Shown in pieces: positions 1 through 12,960 of a DNA stretch of 64,000 nt. The stretch lies in assembly GCA_963575745.1 (NCBI GenBank), contig CAUYUJ010000225.1:62001-126000 (forward strand), read 5' to 3'. The translations under genes and the position numbers were made by a program. The stretch comes from Prorocentrum cordatum. Taxonomy: Eukaryota. Within the stretch, counting starts at the first letter, position 1; the number at the start of each line of letters is the position of its first letter. Below the pieces are notes generated by a model, which saw only the letters and a program-made list of their open reading frames with translations, had not been told where the DNA came from and ran no database searches.

Positions 1-3000
1 CAGCATCAGAGTTCCCTTTACGGAGAAACCTCCCACGAGCAGACAGGCCCTCCACTTCCAGACTGAGGTGGGCCTTGACCTTCACAATGTCCTCAACAAG
101 CTGACCTTCAAAGGAGCTGGCCTGAAGGATCATGCCCGAATAGGTGCGCTTCCCCGAGCATCTTTCCGTCTCGGGGAGCCCACTTTGATGCACAACATTG
201 GCGCAATCCGAATAGAGGGCCGAAGGAAAAATCATAACTTGGGCAACTACACACCTAGCTGAGAATTCAGCGGCTTGTGGGGTCTGCGGGTAGTGGGCCC
301 AGACAGGGCCACGAACCTCTCCAAGGCACCCCCCATCGTCCGAATTCATTGAGACAGCCCAAGAGGCCCTCGAGAGCTCTCTAGTGGGGTGGCGCTGGCA
401 GGACCCGTCAATGAAGAGGTGACCCCACATTTCTCCATTGGCGGGGGCCCTGGGGCCCTCAGGGCTGATGAGCTCTTTGCAGTGCCAAGTGTACTGAAGG
501 GAGTTCGTACCCTCTTGAGCTGGCCTGGGGAGCCAGTCGGCGGGGTGGGCGAAAGCCCCTCGAGTGTAAAGGCATCTATCCTCATTGCTGGCCTCAGTTG
601 ACAGGGGCGCTGGGGCGTCGGCAGCAACAGAGGCGGGGACCAACTGAGCTCTCAACTCGGGGACCTCCTCGTCAAAGCAGCTCCACAGCCTGTGGGCGAT
701 GGAGTCGGGGGCGACCCTACGCCTGGGGCATAACGGGTCCACTTGGTAACCCGCACTGAGGGCACGATCAGCTGTCCATGTGGCGCAGCTGGTGCATGCG
801 CGAATCCAACCTTGCTGGGCAGGGGTAAACTTCTTAGAAGAGCAGGCAGATTTGGGGATGTCTAAACACAAACGCTTCCCAATCCCCCACTTGCCACCCA
901 GGTCCCGCTCCAGACTTCTCAGGTAGGCGCCCTTGCAAAGCGTTTCAAGCAACTTGGGGGAGGTAAGGCCCAGGGAAACCTGATAACCCCTATCGTCAAC
1001 CACAGTCATGAAGTTGGTCATCCTCCACCCAAGACGGAGCAAAGAAAGCCTGAGAGCAGAGAGCGGTCCCTTGACCGTGGGCCACGTGACCCTATCCAGC
1101 GAGAAAACGGCATTCCACGCGGCCCGAAGGTCTTCAAATGAGAGAGAGCCATCAAATATCATAGTGTGAGTGATCCATATCTCTTTACTCCATCGAAGTA
1201 TCGGGGCACTGGCCGCTCTCCAACAGGGATCCTCCGAAAGAATGCTGGCAGCCGTGAGAGAGCGGCTCTTGGCGAAAGGGCGCACGGTCGAAAAAGCTCG
1301 GCGTCTCATCGCGAGAAGCTGTTGGTCGCTGACCCCCAAGATCTCCGCTCCATAGGCCCCACCAGCGAGGGGGCCCGCAGCGACGATCCTGAGGGCCGCC
1401 CTACCCACATGCTCCGACTGCTTCTTGAGGCGCCTAGCTTTGCGACGCATGAGAGCAGCTCTGGCTTTCATCTTAGAACTCCTGCCAGAAGCTCGGGCCG
1501 ATCGGCCCGTGCAAAAATCAACACCAAGGTTGACAGTGGAATCTCGCACACTGCCCCCTAACCGACCAAGGGCTATGGCTATGTCATTAGCCAGCTTCTT
1601 GCTGGAGGCAACCGTGCAAACTTTGTCAAGAGACAGCTGGCAACCCATGTCATTGGTGATGACGTGATGTAACATGATAGAGGTCGACACGATCTGTTGG
1701 ACAACGTGCTTATGACTGCCAGTGCTCGAAACTCCCGTGTCATCGATGTACGCATCGAACTCTAAATGTTTGTGCCGAGGGAGCTGGTCAAACGCATCCA
1801 TCGCAAAAAAACTCGGATGTGCGACGCCGCAAAGCTGCATCCAACACCAACCCCATTTATCACGAAAAAGGGACCGTCCAGCACGCCAGCAACAGAGATG
1901 AAACGGCCGCACCTGTAGGCATGGATCGACAACCTAGTGATGACTTCAGGAAAGTTATGACGACGACATCGATCTTCTAGCATCTCCAAGTTGATCGTTT
2001 CATAATATTTGAGCATGTCATACAAAAACGCTGGCGCTGCACTGCTTCCTGGCTGTGCCTGACTCAGCTCGGACTGACTGGCGCCACACCACATCTGAGG
2101 CTCCTCTGAAAGCCCCTGCGGCCCAATACCGACGGGGGCGTTGTCGCTCCCAGTCCAGGGCGTGGGGCCGCCTGAGGCGACCCCACACCCTGTACCAGGA
2201 ACAAAACACCCCCATCGGCCTGAAACCGCCAGTCGGCTTGCTGAGGAGGGCGATCAAGACGGCAGAGACCTGCCTAGGCAGCACTCCAACCGACCCCATC
2301 AACTCGAAAAGCATCGCCACAGCAGTGAGACCGTCGTCGCAAAGCAGGTGGAAATGCCCACAGTCAAATCCGTCATAAGTGACGGCCGAGCCCGCCTTGC
2401 AACGCTTGGACACGGCTCGAAGCTGGCCAGGAGTCGCCCTAGGAAACGCTTGAGCAAGCGTCACACACTTGGCCTCTCTAGAGGCCTGGCCCCAGAAACT
2501 GCTGAACTTGTCTCCTTCTTTCGCGAGCAAAGACAGCGGGTCAGCCACCACCGAACCGTCCGCCGCCAACGTCGTCGTCGGCCTCCAGGGCGAAGGGTCT
2601 TTAGTGATGATGTGGGCCCTTTTGGCTCCCTTGTCCAGGCCAGCGGTCAACCAAGAACGCCAATCCGCATTGGACCTGGCTCTATGCCGCGCGTCCGCCT
2701 CGGCCAGGGTCGCCTTGATACCCTCCAGCTGCGCCTCGCCAAGAGCAATCACCTCCATCGACCACTGGGATGAGGGATGCTGTTGTACGAAGCTCTTGAT
2801 ACGATCGAATGAGCTCTGATACTCCTTCGTGTGGCAAGACAGAGGCAGGCCAGCACAGAAAAGAAGCGTGGATGGCCTTCGCCTGCGCAGACGAACCTCG
2901 GTTGTCCCTGTGCAGTGAGACCAGACTACGAAACTGAGCCCCCCAGCCACTTTATTGCCCTGTGGGCAGGATACCTTGGCTTGCTATCCCGTCCCACCAC

Positions 3001-3950
3001 CGATCTCCACATGAGCTGAGGCCCCGCACTCCTCGTCCCCTTCCTGATCACGTCGGCACCTAAGATGGGGATCAGCTCCGCTTCCGCAACGTCAGCCCAG
3101 GCTCCGTAGCCAAGAGTGAGGAGACTAGCAGCCCTAGTACCATGCCCGCGTTCAACCTCTCGAAGGCCCTCCTGAGCCATGTCCAGAACCTGACCCCAGT
3201 CCTGCTGCTGGGGCCTGGGACCAAACGCAGGATCCGAGGGGAGCGGGGGAGGCTTTCGGAAACTCAAGGCCTTCAACGAAGCAGGCGCGGGGTGGAATTT
3301 GAGATCGACAGGGCGGTGCGGGCTCAGTTCCGTGCCCATAACAACTTCGCAAGAAGCAGCCGCCTTTCCAAGGCCTCCACTGCGCACGAAAAAGTCAATC
3401 TTGGATGGGGCTCCATCCCCAAAGAAGGTGCAGCCGTCTGGATCAATCAGCTGGCCCTGCAATTCGGAGACAAACTTGGAAGCAGAAAGGTGCGAGGGGG
3501 GAAGGTTGAAATCCCCGCCCAACACGAACGGACCAGGGAACCCCGAACATCGCGCCCCTAAGGAGGCCAACACTTCCAAGCTTCGCTCCGAGAGGTCTTC
3601 CGTGCGGTGCAAATAAACGCTCCCGATCCTGAAAGTGAGGCCCCCCCGGGACATGAACATCGGCCACCATCGCGTGGCCTTTGGAAGCAACAAACCCTTC
3701 CACAGGAGAAATGAGGCCGAGCCAATCACGAACAAGCACGGCGACACCTCCTGAGGTGTCGGAGTCGGTCTCACAGGCGGGACACCAGAGAGACTTCCAA
3801 CCATTTCGAACACACCACTGAGAAGCCGCGTAAATCTTCTCGGCGTGGAGCAGCCGATGCTCCTGCACCAACGCGACGTTGGCAGGCGTGTCCGGCAAAA
3901 GCTTCTTGAGCGTGCCCCACGAGTCCACGTTCATACTGCGAATCAACAGT
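1..3950 (-). pseudogene. LINE A ORF2 (EN-RT-RNase H), frameshifted
   Basis: Motifs are spread over ORFs 2926-3813, 2018-2950, 1762-2094 and manually translated frames below 1760. Confidence 0.9.
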
Positions 3951-4619
3951 TGCACCGAGCTCAGCCCGTCAGACCCCTGGACCTGGCCAGGAGAGGGAGG
4001 AGTGAGGCACGGAAGAGGAGGGGGAGAGGTCCTGGGGCCAGGCACCATCTCCACAGGGCTACCCGCGCCTGGAAAGCCCAGGGCGGGGCAAAAAGGTGAT
4101 CTGTGTCCAAAACTGGCCAGCTTACAAGGGGGGTCAACTGGCAGGGAAGTGTGGGCCGTCCGTCCTCCATTCAAAATTCGCGCAGCCCTCCAGAGCGTGT
4201 GACGCGCGGCCGCTAACAAGCCACGGAACCGACTTGTAGGCCGCGACGCGCCGTCCATGTCAGGAGGGGGGCGACGGGAGAACGGCCGATAGGCCACATA
4301 ATAAGAGTTAGACTTATCTGCACACAAAAGAGCAGGGTTCGCGGCGGCCCTGCTCTTCTCAAGGCCGTTTTTCAACACCGCTACGGGCGCGACGCGGGGG
4401 CGAGAGGGGGACGCCGCCTCAGGGCCCTCCGAGTGATGGGGCTCGCGAGGAGGATTCCAAACGCAGGTGGGGCCAGCAAGGCCCTGGTCCGACAGAAAAG
4501 GAAAGCTGGCAGCTGGGCCTGGCGAGGCTGTCAGGTCAGCATGTCCAGAACGACGCTGAGGAGCATGAGGTTGCTGAAATCGCATCCCCCCTTCACGCCG
4601 TTGCGCCTGAAGGGGGGGG

Positions 4620-5803
4620 GGGGGGGGCTCGTGGAAGCGCGCGGCGAGCTCGGGCGCGGACATCCTCGGCATCAGCATGGTCCGCGGTCGCGGCTCCAGG
4701 AGCAGCAGCTGGCTGCCCAGCAGGCTCACCACCACCTGCGGGGGCACCAGGCGCCGACTCGGGTTCAGCAGCACCTTTGCCGTCACCGTCAGCTGCTGGT
4801 GCATCTTCTGCCCTGCATCTCCTTCACCTCCTTCAGCGACGCGGCGACGCTTGCCTGCCAGGCGCTCCAACTGCTTCTTCTGCTCCTCGCGAAACTTGGC
4901 CGCCTGCTCAGCAGCTGCACCAAATAGCTGCTGAACTTGCTTAGCAATCGACTGCTGCAACGTCTTGAGCCGGACCTCTGCCTCTTTCTTGCCCCCAGGC
5001 GAGAGGTCGTACTCAGCCTCGGGTGCCAACAGCGAGTCCACATTGATAGGCAGCTCTTTGCCCTGGAGAATGCCCTCGATAGGAATCGAAGGAGTTGACG
5101 CTGGCTGTTCTCCAGAAGCTTCGCCACCCACATGCTCGGCAAGCTGCTGAACGAGACCTTTGTGACGTTGCTCAGCCTTGGAAAGATCCTCCGTGAACGA
5201 CTGCACCACAATGCGCTGGGCGTCCAGGTCTTTCTGGAGCCTCTCGAAGTACGTGACTGCTTTGCTGAGCTTGCCTTCCAGTGCACGCATGTCGTGGAAG
5301 GCCTTACCCACCTGCTGCTGGAGGGGGGGTTCGACCTTCTGCACCGCGTTCTTGGAGTCCAGGGTCTTCTGGTACTTGGCAACGCCGTCGGGGTCACCCA
5401 CTGAGCGCATGTAGGCGATGACCTCGCTGAGCTTGGCCGACTCCACCATGGCTCCTCCAGGACGCGGGAGCGACCCTCCTGACTGCTGGAACAACGGGCC
5501 TGGCTGCACGGGAAGCGAGCCAGACCAAGAACCAGGAGGAGGCTGAGCACTCTGAGGCCCTGCTTGCTGCGACTGTCCTTGCCAGACCCCCTGCGGCGAG
5601 GGAAGCATGTCGAAGGACGGCGAGCTGCGCCAGGACCAGCAGTGCTTGCACGGCTGCCACTGCTGCTTGTTCTTCTTGCATCCGCACTGCGAGCACTTCC
5701 ACGATGACGGAGTGTTCCCACGGTGCTGGTAGAACGAGCGATCTGGATCTTGCCATGGCCAGCCATCGTTCCAGCGCGCAGTTCGAGAGGCAATCGGGGC
5801 CAT
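4620..5803 (-). pseudogene. LINE A ORF1 (RanBP2-type zinc finger plus coiled coil)
   Basis: N-terminal WKCSQCGCKKNKQQWQPCKHCW and a heptad-rich segment. It lies upstream of the endonuclease. The 3' end is uncertain. Confidence 0.7.
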
Positions 5804-6049
5804 GCTGGCTCTGGGACGACGGCGGGAATCTTGTCGCCTCGCAAAATTGGCTCGCAGGAGCGCGCGCCCCTTTGAAGAACAGTTCCTGCAACGCTACTCG
5901 AGCGCAAAGGGGCTAGAAGAGGCAGGAGGAGGACGACAACGAGGAGCAGGAGGAGGAGGAGCAGGGCGGAACGCCCCTGCGTCCCCCTAGGATCACACGT
6001 CTCATCTTGAAGCGGGCCCACATGTGGGCCCTGCTGTATCCCCGCCCCC

Positions 6050-6400
6050 CTTGAAACAAAAACTGAGCAGAGGGATTCTACTGGAAAGCCTCACAATAGG
6101 ATTCCTTTGGGCTAAGCAAAGCAGGGATTCTGTAGGAAAGCCTCACAAAAGGACTCCCCTGGAAAGCGCGACTGAGCGTTCCTATTGGAAAGCATCCCAC
6201 CTGGAATCATGTGGAAAGCACCAAAGAGGGACACGGTTGGAAAGCCTCACATCAAGAATCCTTTTTGGAAAACACTACTGGGGGCTACTATTGGAAAGCG
6301 TCACACAACTAATCCTTCGTAAAACACCCGCACGGGATTATATCGGAAAGCCTCGTAATCGAAATCCTTTGCGGGTGGCTCACGAAGAGATCCCTCGTGA
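6050..6400. repeat. Degenerate minisatellite with GGAAAGC core
   Basis: Recurring ggattc..tggaaagc(ctcac) units. Confidence 0.6.
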
Positions 6401-6514
6401 CGGCACTGGACAACCAAACAACCTAAGGAAACACCAAACACACAAAACAAACACATCAACAACAGGTCGTCAATAAAAACGGAAAAACAGAGGATCCCCC
6501 AACAAAAGTACGCC

Positions 6515-6586
6515 CTCTCCTCCTCCTCCTCCTCCTCCTCCTCCTCCTCCTCCTCCTCCTCCTCCTCCTCCTCCTCCTCCTCCTCC

Positions 6587-6641
<55 letters not shown>

Positions 6642-7870
6642 GATCATCATCAGCATTCTCCTCCTCCTCATCTTCCTCCCCCTCCTCCCGCTCCTCCTCC
6701 TCCTCCTCCTTCTCCTCCTCCTCATTCCTCCTCCCCTCCTTGCCCTGCTCCATTGGGGGGGGGATGGGAAAGAAGGAAGCAGAATGGAGGAGGAGGAGGA
6801 ATGGAATGGAATGGAATGGAATGGAGGAGTGGGATGGAGGAGCGGAGTGGAGGAGGAGTGGAATGAATGAGTGGTCCTCCTCCTAGCGAGTGAAGTACTG
6901 ATCCTCCTCCTCCTCCTCCTCCGCCTCCTCCTCCTCCCCCCCCCTCCTCCTCCTCCTCCGCCTCCTCCTCCTCCTCCTCCTCCTCGTCAGCATCATCATC
7001 ATCATCACCATCATCATCAGCATCATCATCATCATCATCATCGTCATCATCACCATCATCATCATCATCATCATCATCGTCATCATCATCATCATCACCA
7101 TCATCGTCACCATCACCATCATCATCACCATCATCGTCATCATCACCATCGGCATCATCATCATCATCACCTCCACCACGATCATCATAATATAAATCAT
7201 AAGAATCATCACCACCATCACCATTACCACCACCATCACCATCATCGTCATCATCATAATCATCATCATTAGTATGATCAACATCAGCATCAGCATCACC
7301 ATCATCATCACCATCATCATCAGCATCATCATCATCATCATCATCATCGCCATCACCATCACCACCATCATCAGCATCACCATCATTATCACCAGCATCA
7401 GCATCAGCATCAGCATCAGCATCATCATCATCATCATCATCAGCATCATCAGCATCACCATCATGCCCCTCCTCCTCCTCCTCCTCCCCCTCCTCCTCCT
7501 CCTCCTCCTCCCCCTCCTCCTCCTCCTCCTCCTCCTCCTCCTCACCCCATCACGCCCCGCCTTTCACTCTTCACTGCTCCTCCTCCCCCTTCCTCCTCCG
7601 GAGCAGAAGCAGGAGGAGAACCACTCCTCCAGTCCACTCCTCCTGCATTCCACTCCTCCTCGTCCTCCTCCTCCTCCTCCGTTCCGCTCCCTCCTCTCCC
7701 CCTACCCCCTCCTACCTTCTCCTCTTCCTCCTCCTCCTCCTCCTCCTCCTCCTCCTCCTCCTCGTCATCATCATCCTCCTGCTCCCCCCTATGGAGCATG
7801 GCAAGGAGGGGAGACGGAAGGAGGGGGAGGAGAAAGAGGAGGCGGCGGAGGAGGAGGAGGATGAGGAGGA
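6515..7870. repeat. Compound (TCC)n/(CAT)n/(GGA)n microsatellite
   Basis: Directly visible trinucleotide runs. Confidence 0.97.
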
Positions 7871-8979
7871 GTCTCAGCGTGGCACCTACTTGAAGGTAAG
7901 AGACGCCAAGGATTTTGTCGCCCCCGCCCTCAGCTCCAGGCCGTGCACTGTTTGGGCCACAGATGTTTTCAATTCAGTTTTCAGGAGGGTCCACCTGGAC
8001 AATCAACAAGCAGTGCGTGCACTTGGTTTGGACCTCCAGTCCACGGTAGCTCAGCCCCCTCCAATATTCGCTACACCAGGAGATTGGCAAGATAGTAATA
8101 ACGATTTCTTTTAGTTGATGATTTGACAGTTCTAGCAACCGTTGCCTCCGCTCATGATGTACCGGAGAAGGCACTACTTTTGGCAGTATGCGTGGTTCTT
8201 GCAGCTTCCAAGCCAGGTTTCAGGATTCATGATATCAAGTCCAAGTTCCTCATTGCACTTCGAGGCAGTGCTCCAGGAAGGTGCTGCGTGATCTGCCAAG
8301 GGGGAACATCAGCACCACTACCTCAAGGAGGCGGTCTTTTCAACTTCCAGTTGCTCAGGTGCACAAGATCTTGGACTCCCAGGTTTCGGTTGACGGCTCC
8401 ATGGCCCCTGAAATCATCGCCCGATGTTCGAGGACTACGGAGGCTCTGACACCTGTCGTGAAAACGGTTGCTCCCAGAAAGGCCCGTTCGAGGAAGGCCA
8501 AGTTCACACTCTCGGAGGCCCTTGGTCCAAGGTTTTTTTGGTGCCCCTACCTGGACACGGTTGCCCAAGAGCCTGGAGAACAAGGTCACCAACACCCATC
8601 TCTCGATCTATCGTGTGGCCATGTTCTTGCCCGCCACAAACAATCTAGAGTTGACTATTCCGTCAGCGCAAACAATTTCGGACTCAGACTGAGTGTCCGT
8701 TGCCGGATTGAGACTTCTCGCCCGACTTTTTTCCTGTGTCCCTCCGCGCACGCGTGTTGTCTTAGATACTAGCTGGCATGACCCCAAAGGGATGGCCATC
8801 CCTGATTCGTGGTGACCTCCGGTGGCTTCACTATCACTTGGGCAAGGAAGGCATCCCAGCAACTGACGCAGTGGAGAAAGGTTCCAGTTCGCTAGGAGCC
8901 ATCGCCAGACGTTCCAGAGTCTCATTAAGACGGCCATAGGCCATGCTCGACCTAGCTACATGCACCAGGCCAATCTAGA

Positions 8980-9880
8980 GTTCGGAGGTTGGGGGGTTGA
9001 GATCGCAGTGGAACGGAGACCCCCAACCGGGAAATCGTTTCGCTTCGTTCGTGTCGTGCATGCGGGCGAGGCGGAGCTGCGTGGGCGCGCCAGAGGAATG
9101 AACCCGCCGCTGCTAGGGCGAAGCCAAGACAAATGTTGCTCCCCCGTCCGTCCGTCCGTCCGTCCGTCCGTCTGGCGTTGGCCCTAACGGTGTCCCGCGG
9201 TGTCCCGTGGTGTCCCGTGGTGTCCGCCGTTGCTAGGGCGAAGTCAAGACAAATGATTCTCCCCCGTCCGTTCGTCCAGCGGTTGCCCTAGCGGTGGCCC
9301 TAGCGGTGTCCCGTTGAGTGGGATCGATAGTGAGATCGATACTGAGATCGATGTGGTGCCCCGAGGTGTCCCGTGGTGCCCCAAACAAGAAATCGATAGT
9401 GAGATCGACAGGTGTCCCGTGGTGTCCCGTGGTGCCCCAAAAAAAGAAATCGATAGTGGGATCGATGTGGTGCCCCGAGGTGTCCCGTGATGTCCCAAAA
9501 AGTGAGATCGATAGTGAAATCGATAGTGATATCGACAGGTGTCCCGTGGTGTCCTGTGGTGTCCCGTGGTGCCCCGTTGAGTGAGATCGATAGTAAGATC
9601 GATAGTGAGATCGATGTGGTGTCCCGAGGTGTCCCGTGGTGTCCCGTTGTGTCCTATGGTGTCCCGTTGAGTGAGATCGATAGTGAGATCGATAGTGAGA
9701 CCGATAGTGAGATCGAGAGGTGTCCCGCGGTGTCCCGTTGAGTGAGATCGATAGTGAGATCGACAAGTGTCCCGTGGTGTCCCGTGGTGTCCCGTTGAAT
9801 GAGATCGATAGTGAGATCGATTGAGTCAGATGTTCTTTCCCCCCCCCCTCTCCCCCCCCACTCCCCCCCCACAACCTCCT
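8980..9880. repeat. Insertion in LINE B made of GTGTCCCGTG and GAGATCGATAGT minisatellites
   Basis: Alternating 10-mer and 12-mer arrays at 9190-9820. A ~45 bp head (tgctagggcgaag.caagacaaatg) is duplicated at 9111 and 9231. Confidence 0.8.
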
Positions 9881-10439
9881 TATATCCCGAAGGGCGGTCG
9901 TATAGGTATGGAGGCGTGACTTGGTCAAACTTTCGACGGGGACTCCCCTGAGACGTCATGAGACCCCTGAGTTGCCCCAGTTTGTTTGCTACGAGTGTGG
10001 TTACCAAGATAGCTCCATTCAGCAGCTGAAAGGCCATGCTGGAAAGCTTCACAAGACCAGGAGTGTACCCACCTTGGCTGCCTCATCCTGCTGCCAAGTT
10101 TGCAAGAGAGAAGTTGGCCTGATTACCAGATTGGTCAGACATGCTGGGAACGCCCCCATTGTGCAAGACTGCTTTGGCTGGGACCCCCTTCAGGCCCTCG
10201 GAGGAGGAACTCTTGGAGGCCCGAGCTATTGCTAGACAAGAAGCGGCCAAACAGATGGCTGCAGGACGTTCGGACACCTGCGCGGCCACGGGCTGGGTAC
10301 AGACCTTTGGGCCCTCCATAGCACTCAAGGCTGCAGTCTCCAGGAGGGCCAGTCAGCGCCTCGGGCCGCTTCCCCACCCGCTGCCGCCTCCCTCATCTCC
10401 CGACCTTTCCTGGACCCGCATCAGGACTCCCACTCGACC

Positions 10440-11420
10440 CCTGAAATTTGTTCTGCATTTGTTTTCCGGACATGGGAAGCTGGGCGATTTCCAGGCTCAT
10501 GCAGAGACCCTTCTGGGGACATTTCCGACGAGACTCTATGTCTTGAGCATAGACGTTGCCAATCATCTCGAGCGCGAAAGATACCCGTACCCTTACCCAG
10601 ACGGGGTGGCAAGGGGCCCTCGGGGCATCACCCCCCCTGGGTCCGGGTCGGCCCCCGAAACCACCATACATACCCGTACCTAGACGGGGTGACCCAACCA
10701 CCACCCCAGCTAGGTCCGGGTATGTATGGTTGTTTCGGGCACCGACCCGTACCCAGACGAGGTGGCGGCAAGGCCGAAAACGCTCCAGCGGGCGGCCCTT
10801 TTCACCCCAGCTGACCCCGGGTCCGGGTATGTTTTGGGCTAGTGAAATCATCCAGTCTTTGGGGATCTCACTAACGATGAGTCAGTTCAGGTTTGGTTTG
10901 GCTTGAGTTGCTGCGATCTGGCAGGGTGGCAGCGGTCCTAGCTGGGCCGCCGTGCGAGTCCTGGTCAATCGCACGTCATCGGCCAGCCCCAGAGGCCAGG
11001 CACCTCCGCGACCTTTGCGGTCAAGCGACAAGCTCTGAGGCTTGGGACATTTGTCACAGAAGGAGAATCGCCAGGTTGAGTTGGCCAACGAGCTGCTACG
11101 AACGACACTCACAATTCCGTACGAGTCGTGGTTGCATGGCATACCCGCCATACTCGAGCACCCCGCTAATGTCACCATTGTCCCAGGCTGCCCCGGTGCC
11201 TGGACCTTGCCCGAAATCAGGGCTCTTGTGGGCTGCAAGGGGTTTCCAAAAACACCTAATTCACCAGAGCCGCTTCGGTGCCCGGGAGGAGGAGGAGGAT
11301 GCTGACGAGGAGGAGGAGGAGGAGGAGGAGGAGGAGAGGAGGAGGGGAGGAGGAGGAGGAGGAGGAGGAGGAGGAGGTCCTCAAACCCACGGTTCTGTTG
11401 TGCATGCACGCTCGGGCCAT
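10440..11420 (+). pseudogene. Retrotransposon-borne DNA cytosine-5 methyltransferase-like domain
   Basis: Motif I F-S-G-x-G, motif IV G-P-P-C and motif VI-like E-H-P occur in the correct order, followed by a Q..FG..KPT segment. Broken by a MITE, a 5-nt duplication and a GGA tract. Confidence 0.8.
10568..10845. mobile_element. Foldback MITE with 7-bp TSD
   Basis: AATCATC at 10561-10567 and 10846-10852. Imperfect terminal inverted repeats and a ~53-bp-arm internal palindrome. Excision restores DVANHPVFGDLTNDESVQVW. Confidence 0.88.
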
Positions 11421-12484
11421 GGACGGGCTCGCCGCACCCGTGGAGGAGGGGCCCTTGGCGCAACCGCCCGGGGCCTCGCCCTGCCCTACAGTCGGGGCGC
11501 TGACCTAAGGAACCCTAAATAAGGAACGAGGCCCCTTTTTCTCCAGAAGTTGAACTTCGATTTCCGATCGAAAACCTAAGGAACACCTGAGGCAAGCTGC
11601 GAAACACTTAAGGAACGCGGAGCCCCTCCCCAACGAAAAGGGTCCCTTCTTCAGGGCCCCGACTGTATCTGAGCTCACCCTGGCTGACGTGTGGGGGACG
11701 GCGGCCGCCGAGGCCGACCCGTCTCTTCCCTGCTGCAAGGCGCCAGGGATAGATGCCCAGTTGTTCCACCGAGATGGTCGAGAGGGCCGTTCGATTCCCC
11801 CTGGTTCGTCTGCGCCCCTCTCGCCGAATGGCATGCGCTGGACGCTGGCTCCAGGAGCTCGCCTGATGCGGCCTCCAGGCCTCGAGTCGGCAGGTGACGA
11901 CTGGTCAATCCCGACAGGGCTCAGGAGGTATTACACTGCCAGCGATCCCTACATGACCGCCCAAGCGGCAATGTATTGTATGCTACACGCCGCGACACGG
12001 GATCGGTAATAATCCATTCACTGCTTCTGTGTCGTGCCGCGAGGGCCCTGATGCCTGACCTTAAACCCTTCAACTTCCCCTCCCCTCCCTCACCCCTCTC
12101 ACCTCGGGGCTGCTGTTCAGGGCGAGTGGTGCGCGGGAAGGGCCGAGGGGTGAAGGTGATGCTGCGGTCAAGGCCGCCGCCAAAGTGTCCGCTCACTCAC
12201 AACACAAGAACTCCTTTGATGCTGCGAATTTCGCAGCTCGTCAATTGCAGTATCAACACCGCGCCTGAACGAAGGTGTTTCACTTGTCCGTCACACCTCA
12301 GACGCATAGCTTTGCCCCCCCATACGCGCGGTAGACAGTAATTCAGGCTCATCACTCACCATACCTCGTGCGCGCTTTTGCGCGGCTGCAGCGTTCCATT
12401 GTGATTGCTGTTGCCTTCTCTCGGCCCATTCCATTTGCGTTCTCTATCCTGTTCTGCGTATGAGCTTCGACGTTCCTGCTCGCC

Positions 12485-12960
12485 ACCGACCGACCGACCG
12501 ACCGACCGCGGAGGAGAAGGAGGAGGAAGCGGGGGAGGACGAGGAGGACGAGGAGGAGAGCGAGGATGAGGAGGAGTAGGAGGAGGAGGAGGAGGAGGAG
12601 GAGACGGAAAGGAGAAAGAGCGAAGGGTGAGGTGAGGGGTGGAGTGAGGTGAGGGGTGAGGAGGAGGACAACGAGTAAGGAAAAACAACGCCAAACAAAG
12701 AAATCAAAACCCGGTCTCCGAACAGACGAAACAACAACCCTAAGGAAACACCTATATAAAAAGCAACTTGACTAATATCTCATTACTTACTCCACCTCTC
12801 CTCCTCCTCATCCTCCTCCTCCTCATCCTTCTTCTCCTCCTCCTCCTCCTCTTCCTCCTCATCCCCCTCCTCCCAGCTCATCCTCCTCCTCCTCCTGCTT
12901 CTCCTCCCCCTCCTCCTCCTCCTCCTCCTCCTCCTCCTCGTCCTCCTCCGCCCCCGCCTA
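12485..12960. repeat. (CCGA)n, (GGA)n and (TCC)n low-complexity tract
   Basis: Visible simple repeats. Confidence 0.9.

Larger units (their letters stand above)
1..5900 (-). mobile_element. LINE retrotransposon A (ORF1, APE endonuclease, RT, zinc finger, RNase H); decayed, 3' end runs off the window start
   Basis: Domains in order on the minus strand. ORF1 from 5803 has WKCSQCGC..CKHC and a coiled coil. APE motifs are MNVDS, VQEH, GGDFN, KIDFF, SPHRPV (~3950-3300). RT motifs are KPTGGFRPMG, DMLKYYE, AYIDD (~1739-1750). Then DSIAHRLWSC (~690) and RNase H motifs FIDGS (~400-415), AAEFSA, YSDCANV, VKVKAH, KGNSDA (1-20). Several frameshifts. The 5' boundary is approximate. Confidence 0.92.
7872..12060 (+). 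mobile_element. 5'-truncated LINE B: RT C-terminal half, C2H2 zinc fingers and cytosine-C5 methyltransferase-like domain; interrupted by insertions
   Basis: FLVDDLTVL (~8110), KSKFLIALRG, HKILDSQVSVDGSMAPEIIAR (RT thumb region). CYECGY..HAGKLH and CQVC..RLVRH (9985-10145). VLHLFSGHG (10450), AGPPCESWSIAR (10941), LEHP (11153), QSRFGA..KPT (11265-11391). Boundaries are approximate. Confidence 0.8.

Noticed and set aside
3443..5803. 786-aa ORF fusing LINE A ORF1 to the endonuclease
   Set aside because: The frame passes through a long G homopolymer near 4611-4627 and a non-protein-like spacer, so the fusion is probably accidental.
6050..6070. Spliced-leader relic at the LINE A 5' end (cttgaaacaaaaactg)
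   Set aside because: Too few matches, and it looks like the start of the adjacent repeat.
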